From Eledone cirrhosa (Eukaryota), in the NCBI GenBank assembly GCA_964016885.1, contig OZ024742.1:57598001-57662000 (forward strand): 64,000 nt of DNA, in the 5' to 3' direction. Below are positions 55,375 through 64,000 of the stretch, one piece after another (the first letter of the stretch is position 1; each line of letters begins with the position of its first letter). The notes under the pieces are model-generated. The model saw only the letters and a list, made by a program, of their open reading frames with translations. It was not told the DNA's origin and made no database searches. A program made the translations under genes and the position numbers.

Positions 55375-55466
55375 TGAGATCGAATCCTACCGAGGCCAAC
55401 TTTGCCCATTCATCTTTAAGGTCGATAAAAAAGGTACCAATCTAGTACTGGTGTCGATTCTCCCTC
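55375..55466 (+). mobile_element. 5'-truncated SINE family 1 copy
   Basis: GAGATCGAATCCTACCGAGGCCAACTTTGCC..TTCATC..GGTCGATAAAA..GGTACCA. Confidence 0.7.
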
Positions 55467-55895
55467 TATATCTTTCTCACTTCCTCCCCTCTCCCTCTTT
55501 CTCTCTCTCTCTCTCTCTCTCTCCTTCTCCTTCTGTGGGAGAAATCGGTTGTGTTCAGACCTGGAGAATGAAGGGCTCCGTCAAGTTTTAAAATGCTCAA
55601 AAATCGTCGTATGTCACTACGGCACTCCTACGACTACATCAAGGGTTACAGGTCCATACATACAATTACCGATGTACTGTTGTTTCAAAATGGTAATCTT
55701 TAACCCTGTATTATGTTATTATAGTTGATTTACTAAGGTCAGTGTAATCCCAGTAATACAATAACTATATAATGTTCTTCGTGTTTGTAAACATAAATGT
55801 ACCGGATATACATGTGTGTGTAGACAGACAGATGGATATAGGGAGGTAGAAGATAGATAGCTGGATAGATGGATGGAGGGATAGATAGATAGATA

Positions 55896-56346
55896 TATTT
55901 CTTTATTAGCCACAGGGGCACAAAAGAAGGGGACAAATACAAAGGGGGAATTTTACATACAATAAAAACGTGTAAAATGTTATCACAGATGGAATTTAAA
56001 AGTTAGTCGATTTTCCCCAATAGAGGGAGACAGTTTATATGGGTAACACATACCCCCGAAAAAAAATGTGCAACCCTCATCTCCAGGAGTACGAAGAGCT
56101 TGTACTCCTTTCCTCTCCTCCTCCTTTTCCTCAACCTACAGGCTGATATAGAGAGAAGGCCCATTCACTCGGGCCATTCTCGCCACTTTCACCCACCTTT
56201 CATAAAACTTGCTGGGGTACAGCACCTCTCTCTCCATCCTGATTCTTCTTCCAAAGTGGTATTTGAAAAAAAGAATCAGTTGTTGGCCAGAGAGAAAGGT
56301 GTCTGACCTCAGCCCTTTCAACCTTGTCCACCATACAACCTCTTTC
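55896..56346 (-). mobile_element. Tx1-clade LINE, 5'-truncated copy C (~450 bp: ORF2 C-terminus and 3'UTR)
   Basis: Closely similar to 62141-62590. Encodes VVWWTRLKGLRSDTF...RVNGPSLYISL*. GATA repeats on both sides. Confidence 0.95.
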
Positions 56347-56367
56347 GATAGATAGATAGAGAGAGAG

Positions 56368-56436
<69 letters not shown>
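56347..56436. repeat. (GATA)n tract with a short (GA)n, separating LINE copies C and A
   Basis: Read directly. Confidence 0.97.
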
Positions 56437-56437
<1 letters not shown>

Positions 56438-56668
56438 ATTTCTATTTATTTGCCACGAGGGCACAAAAGAAGGGGACATTTACACAGTGGGGGAGTTTAC
56501 ATAAATCGAGTAAAGAAAAAAGGAATAACAATAATAATATAACAATAAAAAGTCCTCAAAAGGGAGGGGGCGTGTTGGGGATTGCACATACCCCCGAAAA
56601 GTGTGCAACTCTTTTCGCGGGGGAAGCCCAGAGAGGAGGCGCTCCCCCTTTCCTCTTCACTTCTTCAC

Positions 56669-59600
56669 CTACAGAACAATGTAGAGAGAAGGCCCATTTA
56701 CACGGGCCATTCTCGCTTCTTTCACCCACCTTTCATAAAACTGTCTGGGACCAAGCACTTCTCTCTCCATCCTGATTCTTCTTCCGAAGTGGTATCGGAA
56801 GAAGTAAACCAGGTGATGGCCGGAGAGAAAGTCACCCGACCTCAGACCTTTCAGGCGCGTCCACCACACAACCTCTTTCATCATGGCTATTACGCACAGA
56901 AAGACCGCCTCTGCTTCATTTCTGAAGGGAGGAGGCGGCTTGATGTTCACCACAGACTCGGCGGTTAATCGAATCGGCGCCACACGCGACAGCAGTCGTT
57001 CGACGTAGCCCCACAGATCGGCAACGCCCGCGCACGCATCTGGGACAGATCTTTTTCGCGGGATCCCTGCCCGGGCGCCCGTGTCTGTAGAGCTTTTCTC
57101 GAACGGGCAGAGCCCCCCGGTAACACTGCCAGGCTAGGGACCTCTGGAAGTTGTCCATGGGTCCCGGGCCGAAAGTTCTACCGAACAGGCTGGCCAGTTC
57201 GTCCTCCTCCATGCCTAGCGACTCTCCAAGGGTGTCGTCGCCCCTGCTAGCCACCAACCCTCTATAGAATGTCGAGGTGGATTCTCCATTGACAGTCGGG
57301 TCCGCTTGCCAGATAGCCGTGAGCGCCTGGGCACACTCGGTGTGCCAGTTGCCCAGTTTTCTCGGTCTTTGCTTCACCCAGGATTGCAGTTCGGTGAGCG
57401 AGACGAGCTGTGGGAAGGCTCGCCTCACAAACGGGGCCCACACCGGCTGACCGTTGAGGAATACCTGTAGATGCCGTAGCCTCAATGCGTGCCTACGCAT
57501 CAACAGCCACGGCATACCCAGCCCTCCTTTCGAAGGGTGCTGGCAGCAGATGGATCTCCTCACCATGGGAGGCCGCTTCTTCCAGAGGAACTGGAAGAGC
57601 ATGCGTTCCATGATGGTGAGCTTTTCCTTGGGGCAAGGCACGACGGTCAGGCGGTAGTAGATGACGGACGCTATGTAAGCGTTCGTCACCTCCGCCCGAC
57701 CTTTCAGTGATAGTTTGCACTTGGCCCACTTCTGGGTCAGCGCAAACACCCTGCTCGTCACCTCGCCCCAATTCTTCTCCACCTGGAGGTCCGGTCCGAA
57801 CCAGACCCCGAGCAGCTTCACCGGGCCCTCCGTCCACCGCCCGACGACACCGTCTAACGGCATCGGTTTGCCCCTCCACGTTCCGAGTTGCAAACCGACT
57901 GACTTGTCCTGGTTCAGCTTAGCCCCCGTCAGCCTTTCGTATTCCTCCAGTAGGGTGGCGATCGCCCCGATTTCCGAGGCGTCCGCCACCATTACTGTTA
58001 CGTCGTCGGCATAGGCCGAGACCGCTTTGTGCAATCCCGGTTCCAGGGGTATGCCCCGCAGCAACTCCAACTTCCGCAGCAGTGGCTCGAGAGTCAATAC
58101 GTACAGAAGGGAGGAGAGGGGGCACCCCTGTCTGATGGATCGGGTGATTTGAAACGGCTCCGAGAGGTAGCCGTTTACTTTAATCCTAGAGTAGATGTTG
58201 CCACTGTGCATGGCAGAAATCCAGCCCCTGAAAACGGGTCCGAAGCCCGCCGCCGCTAGCACCGCATCCAGGTAACCATGGTCGACCCTATCGAACGCCT
58301 TAGATTGATCCAAGTTGATCAGGGCCCCACCAAAGCCGGGTTCGTAGCCAACCCTCTCTATGATGTATCGCATGAGGTGGAGGTTGTCGTGAATGGACCT
58401 GGACGGGATAGCGCATGTCTGCGCGTCTCCCACCAAACCACCCACCACAAGCGCCAACCTCTTCGCCAACACCTTGGCCAAAATCTGTAACTCTGCATTC
58501 AGCAGAGTTATGGGCCTAAAGTTACTTAAGTCGTCCCCCTTGCTCTCATCCTTCCTCACTAGCGTGACCACGCCCTTGGTCACAGAACAGGGAATTCTCC
58601 CGTTCTGTTGCCAGTTGCAATAGACAGCCTCGAGGAGTTCGGAGAACAAGACCGGCATAGCTAAATAAAGTTCGTATGGTAGACCATCGAGACCCGGGGA
58701 TTTGCGTCTGCTACATTGGCTGAGCGCTTCCCCGATTTCAGTGGCTGTGATTGGCCTTTCGCAGCACTCCGCTTCGCCGCTCGAAAGACGCGGTAGACCG
58801 TCGAGGTATGGACCGAAGTCCACATCCCCGTCCGGCCCCCCGCCACCTCCGAACAGTCGAGCAAAGTGCCTTTGAAAGGCCTCGCACATTCGCTCAGGTT
58901 CAAGGATCACCCGTCCATCCTGGTCTCGTAAAGACCGAATGGTGGATTTAATCCCACTCTTGGCTTCTGTCACGCGGGCCCAGCTAACAGCTTTGGTCCC
59001 CTCGTTTCCTAAAGCACGTATTTTACTTCGGACAACGCAGCCTTCGTGCTTCGCGTCAAAGAACTGGCTCAACGCCGTTCTCGTCGCTAACACTCTGGCT
59101 ACGTCTCCGCTCCTAATCGCCTCTTCTAGTTTATCTGTTAACTCCCTTTCCTTCCTATTTCTATTCGCCGCTAGTTCCTTACTGTAACCTATCGAACTTA
59201 CTCTAATCTCTCTCTTTAGAGATACCCACCACCTACTGTTGACGATCGCTCCCGTCAACCGCATCTTAACTAAGCTACTAATCCGGTTTCTGTAATCTTT
59301 CTTTGTCGGTAAGGACAAGTTCATCTTCCAGTAACCGGGACCCTGTCTATGCGTTCTATCAAGGTTGACCACGCAGGTCACTAATTTGTGATCTGAATAG
59401 CCAACCATGATCAGTTCTGGACAACTAAATACGTCCCTATCCTTACTCCTAACCAAAAACCTATCTAGGTACGATCTAGATTTCCACTGCGGTTTGCCCA
59501 GGTCCAGGTTGGCGCAGTTGGACAATCTAGTCGAAATCTATCGACCAGGTCGAATCGATCGAGTAACCCCTTGAGGCTGCTACACCCCCCTCTATCGGGA

Positions 59601-60064
59601 CATGCCCCTGCATAGTCCCAACGCGCATCTAGGATTCCATTCCAGTCCCCCACTAAAAGCAGGGAACGCGACGTTCCTAGAAAAGTCTCCAGACGCTGGA
59701 AGAAGTCGGCTCTTTCCGCCCCGAAGGGAGCATAAAGACCGACCAGCCTGAAAGCCCTGCCTTCACCGCCCCCGACGTCCAGCACCAGTAATCGACCCCC
59801 CGGGTCCGAGTGAACAATCTGTACGTCGAGAGTCAGACGTTTATCCAGCAGTACGGCAACTCCCCCCCCCCCCCCGCCTCCGGGTTGACAGAGAGATGCG
59901 TGCATCTCAAAGTCATCGAAGGCGGGCGCCAGCTGTCTCACGCTGCTGATCCGACTCTCGCAAACAACCATCACAGCTATACTTTGTGACCTGAGGTCAC
60001 TTAGAAGCTTTGCTTGCTTCCAAGCTGAGCCCAGGCCACGCGCGTTCAAACAGCCAACTCTCAA
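56669..60064 (-). pseudogene. LINE ORF2 (APE endonuclease, reverse transcriptase, zinc finger), disrupted
   Basis: Endonuclease motifs LNARGL, GDWN, WTW, LDRFLV, SDHKLV. RT motifs KSPGLDG, FRPITLLN, LDQSKAFDRVDH, IRQGCPLS, YADD. 1-nt frameshift at ~59481 and a 38-nt deletion at ~57030 relative to copy B. Confidence 0.93.
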
Positions 60065-60217
60065 TTGATCTATTTTGGTGTTGAAAGTGAAGAAAGAAAA
60101 GCACTTACCTCTCCGGGTTGCGTAATTTCCATGGCATCAGGTGTGTTGGGTGGAGCGATGTTTTGTGGTGGTGTGGGGGTACACGTGTGTGGTGGGGTTG
60201 GGGTATTTGGAGTTGTG

Positions 60218-61909
60218 TCAGGGAGAGGGGCGGTTATGGGGAAATCTTTCAAGAGGACGCGATTCAACGGTTTTAAACAGGGGGGGGGGGGGGCTCACGT
60301 CCCGTCTAAATTGTTCTTTTAAGGAACGATAAAGGTCCAGAGGGACCTTTATCATTTTTAGATGGGTGAAGTTCTCTGTTGAGATAAAGTTTGGCCCTTC
60401 GGTCTGCACCATAGGGTTATTGTTTATTAATTTAACCAGTTTTTTGTTTTCTTTATTTATATATGTGTATTGCAACGTCTTTTTTTGTGATGCTGTCAAT
60501 GTTTCGGAGAGGGGAGGCGCAGATTTATTTTTGTTTGTTGAGGGTGGGGTGTTTTTGATTGGAGTTGGTGTTTGTGTGTGGGTTATTTGTGGTGTGCTGG
60601 GTGTGTGTTTTCTTTTTTTTCTTTTAACTTGTCTGAAGGCTTCTCCTCCTTCTTCTTCAGAAGTTGGGGGAAACTCTTCAGCGCTAGGTGGGAGGGACGT
60701 GTTGTGTGGTTGTTTTTTTTTTGCGGGAGGGGTAGATTTGTTACTGTTTTTTTTATTATTTGTTTGGAATGGGTTTTGTGGTGGTGGTGGTAATGTTTGT
60801 GTCGTGCTTGTGGTTGGTGATGGTGGTGGTGATGTTTGTGTTGTGGTTGGTGGTGGTGATTTTTGTGTCGTGCTTGTGTTTGGTGCTGGTGGTGGTGATG
60901 TTTGTGTTGTGTTTGTGGTTGGTGGTGTCTGTATTTTGTTTGCTGTGTGTGGTATTAGTGTATTTTTGGAGGTGGGTGGTGTTGGTGTACTGTTTGTGGT
61001 GGGTGTGGGCAATAGTCCTTTTTGGGGGATACGTTTCGGGCAGTTAGCCTTAACGTGTCCCCTTTCCATGCATAAATAGCATGCTGGTCTTCTCCCCTCT
61101 ACAATTATGTCTATTGGGGTAAGGTCATCCAGCCAGATGCGATCCGGGATTTGTGCTATTCTTTCGGGCCTCATTTGGACTAGTATGTCGAGGCCCATTC
61201 CCAGGAACGCATCTCCAGTTGCCTTCCCCATTGACAGCATTGTGTCTTCGCCCATATCAATGAAGCCAGCAATAGCCCACCAGAAGTCCATTGTGGGCAG
61301 CATTGTTTTTACTTTTACTCTCTGTGTTCTTCTACCCATGTAGGAGGGATAGAAGCTATATGTTGTCGATGAGAGTGGGCTTAGGGAAAGCTTCTCCGCC
61401 GTTTCTTTGTCTCTTGTTAGGACCGAAATGCTGCCATAGAGTCGGTCCTTTCGTATGAAGAGAATATTCTTCATATAGTCTTTTAGGACTAACTCTATTT
61501 CCATTTGGCTGGGCTGTGCTGGCTTTCTTGTCTGGTTTAGTATAGTTCTGTAGAGAACTGTGTTTTCTGCTCTGGCTTTCTTGAATTCTGGAGGGGAGTT
61601 AATGGAAAACATTCCGTTCTCCCCCAAAACAATGTGTTTCTTTGCTTCGGCCAGTTTTTCTCTGGCGGCAGTTAGGTCAATTGGTGTGTATGTAATGGAT
61701 TGTTTTGTTTTCTGGGCGAAAGTTGCCCTGTTGTTATTTGTATTATTTTCTGTTTGTTTGTTTTCTGTTTGCTCATTTTCCTTAACATTTGTTTTTTCAT
61801 TTTCTTTGTTTGTTTCATTGTCTAATTTTGTTGTAATTATTTTTTGTTCTTCAGACTTGGGGGGCGTGGCAGAGCTAATGGCAGACATATCTGCCATCTT
61901 TTCCGCCAT
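60218..61909 (-). CDS. LINE ORF1 nucleic-acid-binding protein (563 aa as read; probably extends to 60070)
   Basis: First ATG at 61909 (MAEKMADMS). Knuckle CYLCMERGHVKANC (Cx2Cx4Hx4C), Pro/Thr-rich tail, basic KRKKRK. Lies directly upstream of ORF2. Confidence 0.88.
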   Translation of the reverse strand: MAEKMADMSAISSATPPKSEEQKIITTKLDNETNKENEKTNVKENEQTENKQTENNTNNNRATFAQKTKQSITYTPIDLTAAREKLAEAKKHIVLGENGMFSINSPPEFKKARAENTVLYRTILNQTRKPAQPSQMEIELVLKDYMKNILFIRKDRLYGSISVLTRDKETAEKLSLSPLSSTTYSFYPSYMGRRTQRVKVKTMLPTMDFWWAIAGFIDMGEDTMLSMGKATGDAFLGMGLDILVQMRPERIAQIPDRIWLDDLTPIDIIVEGRRPACYLCMERGHVKANCPKRIPQKGLLPTPTTNSTPTPPTSKNTLIPHTANKIQTPPTTNTTQTSPPPAPNTSTTQKSPPPTTTQTSPPPSPTTSTTQTLPPPPQNPFQTNNKKNSNKSTPPAKKKQPHNTSLPPSAEEFPPTSEEEGGEAFRQVKRKKRKHTPSTPQITHTQTPTPIKNTPPSTNKNKSAPPLSETLTASQKKTLQYTYINKENKKLVKLINNNPMVQTEGPNFISTENFTHLKMIKVPLDLYRSLKEQFRRDVSPPPPLFKTVESRPLERFPHNRPSP

Positions 61910-62112
61910 GCTGCCAAGAAAGAAATTTTTCGGCAAAAATAGATATTTATTTTACCCCCTAAAAAGGGGGTAAATGCAAAAATGTTTCCCTAAATAACAG
62001 GGGTTAGTGTTCCAAATGTGTTGCACTAAAAAATTTATCCGGTACTTACAATAGTAAGGGTAAATCCCGATGGAATAGCGGAGCCGATGCGAAGCGTGTC
62101 TTACTCTATCAA

Positions 62113-62140
62113 GATAGATAGATAGATAGATAGATAGATA
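62113..62140. repeat. (GATA)7 between the 5' end of copy A and the 3' end of copy B
   Basis: Read directly. Confidence 0.97.
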
Positions 62141-64000
62141 TGTTTCTTTATTAGCTACAGGGGCACAAAAGAAGGGGACAAATACAAAGGAGGAAGTTTA
62201 CATACAATAAAAACGTGTAAAATATTATCTCAAATGCAATTTAAAAATTAGTCGATTTTCCCCAATAGGGGGAGACAGTTCATATGGGTAACACATACCC
62301 CGAAATAAAATGTGCAACCCTCATCTCCAGGAGTACGAAGAGTTTGTACTCCCTTCCTCTCCTCCCCTCTTTCCTCAACCTACAGGCTGATATAGAGAGA
62401 AGGCCCATTCACTCGGGCCATTCTCGCCACTTTCACCCACCTTTCATAAAACTTGCTGGGGTACAGCACCTCTCTCTCCATCCTGATTCTTCTTCCAAAG
62501 TGGTATTTGAAAAAAAGAATCAGTTGTGGGCCGGAGACAAAGGTGTCTGATCTCAGCCCTTTTAACCTCGTCCACCATACAACCTCTTTCGCCATAGCTA
62601 TCACACAAAGGAAAACCGCCTCTCCTTCGTTTTTGAAGGAGGATGGCGGTTTGATCATGACAACGGACTCGGTGGTCAACCGGATTGGTCCCACCCACGA
62701 CAATAGTCGTTCTACATAGCCCCACAGGTCGGTGACGCCCGTGAAGTGTATGAATGCGTGCGCGACGGTTTCTTCGTCTCGCACGCACCTCGGACAGATC
62801 TTTTTTGCAGGGTCCCTGCCCGGGCGCCCATCTCTGTAGAGCTTGTCTCGAACTGGTAGAGCTCCTCGGTAGCACTGCCAGGCCAGGAACTTTTGGAAGT
62901 TGTCCATCGGCCCCGGGCGGAAGGTCCTACCAAACAGACTGGCCAGTTCGTCTTCCTCTACGCCTAGAGTTTCACCGAGCGCGTCGTCGCACTTGCTGCG
63001 GATCAACCCTCTATAGAATGACGAAGTGGAGTCTCCACTGTTCGCCGGGTCCGCCTGCCAGAGGGCTGTGAGCGCCTGAGCACATTCGATGTGCCAGTCG
63101 CCCATTTTCCTCGGTCTTTGCTTGACCCAAGACTGCAGCTCGGTCAGCGAGACGAGTCGTGGAAAGGCTCGCCTCACGGTGAGGAATACGTAAAGATGCC
63201 GCAGCCTGAACGCGTGTTTGCGCATCGTCAGCCACGGCATCCCCAGCCCTCCGTTGGAAGGGTGTTGGAAGCAGATGGATCTTCTCACCAAAGGAGCCCG
63301 CCTCTTCCAAAGGAATTGGAAGAGCGCGCGCTCCATTTTGGTGAGAGTTTTGGCTGGACAAGGCACGACGGTCAAGCGGTAGTAGATGGCGGACGCTATA
63401 AAAGTGTTCGCCACCTCCGCTCGACCTTTCAAGGATAGTTTGCACTCGGCCCACTTCTGGGTGAGTGCAAACACCTTGGCCGTCACTTCGTTCAAGTTCT
63501 TCTCCACCTGGAGGTCCGGAACAAACCAGACCCCGAGCAGCTTTACCGGTCCTTCCGTCCAGCGTCCGACGACGCCATCGGAAGGCATCGGTTTTCCTCT
63601 CCACGATCCGAGTTGAAAACCGATGGGCTTGTCCCGGTTCAGCTTCGCTCCTGTGAACCTTTCGTATTCCTTCAGTAAGGTGCCGACTTCCTCGATTTGC
63701 GAGGCGCTCGACACCATTACTGTCACGTCGTCGGCGTAGGCCGACGCCGCTTTTCGCAGTCCCGGTTCCAGAGGGATGCCCTGCAATAGCTCCAACTTCC
63801 ACAGTAGTGGCTCGAGAGTCAGTACGTACAGAAGGGAGGAGAGAGGGCATCCCTGTCGAATGGATCGCGTGATATGGAACGGCTCCGAGAGGTAACCGTT
63901 CACCTTGACCCTTGATCAGATGTTGCTGTTGTGCATTGCAGCAATCCAGCCCCTGAACACGGGTCCGAAGCCTGTCGCCTCGAGCACCGCATCCAGGTAA
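62141..64000 (-). mobile_element. Tx1-clade LINE copy B (different subfamily from A), continues beyond the window
   Basis: 3'UTR with AATAAA at 62147-62152. ORF2 RT and C-terminal region homologous to copy A but with many substitutions and a different 3'UTR. Confidence 0.95.
62380..64000 (-). pseudogene. LINE ORF2 C-terminal half (RT through zinc finger), disrupted
   Basis: IRQGCPLS, YADD, CPRC..ETVAHAFIHF. In-frame TGA at 63916-63918 where copy A has Tyr, a 24-nt in-frame deletion (LT-VRRAF versus LNGQPVWAPFVRRAF), and Phe at the last finger Cys position. Confidence 0.9.

Larger units (their letters stand above)
56437..62112 (-). mobile_element. Full-length Tx1-clade (L1 group) non-LTR retrotransposon, copy A, ~5.7 kb
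   Basis: ~200-bp 5'UTR, ORF1 with CCHC knuckle, ORF2 with APE endonuclease, RT and C-terminal finger, 3'UTR with AATAAA (56445-56450). Both ends abut (GATA)n. Confidence 0.95.

Noticed and set aside
56347-56436. (TATC)n as a purely element-encoded 3' tail, as in CR1/L2 LINEs
   Set aside because: The TSD at 19578-19606 places TATC upstream of a 5'-truncated copy, so the repeat was in the target. Some slippage extension of the tract is still possible.
57454-63850. Plus-strand and alternative-frame ORFs overlapping the LINE ORFs (e.g. 60366-61079, 63011-63850)
   Set aside because: Shadows of GC-rich or low-complexity LINE coding sequence with no motifs of their own.

Overview
Repeat-dominated, AT-rich animal genomic DNA. 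The SINE and LINE content suggests a cephalopod, probably Octopus (inference). No host protein-coding gene can be confidently called, and almost all ORFs in the track are artefacts of simple repeats. The window has three parts. (1) 1-21.7 kb: trinucleotide-derived minisatellites, microsatellites, many SINE copies, two Tigger/pogo-like MITEs, Penelope-type relics carrying minimal hammerhead-ribozyme motifs, and decayed Tx1-like LINE fragments. (2) ~21.72-52.29 kb: one ~30.6 kb tandem satellite of a 52-bp monomer (49-bp variant, roughly 600 copies) with ~2.0-2.2 kb higher-order duplications. (3) 52.3-64 kb: SINEs, a Penelope RT relic, and three minus-strand Tx1-clade LINEs stacked head-to-tail (one full-length, one 5'-truncated, one running off the window), every visible junction being a (GATA)n tract. 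The main finding is that this Tx1 family appears to target (TATC)n/(GATA)n microsatellites and has no poly(A) tail. An independent 42-bp insertion at 19607-19648, flanked by a perfect 29-bp target-site duplication beginning with TATCTATCTATC, supports this directly.
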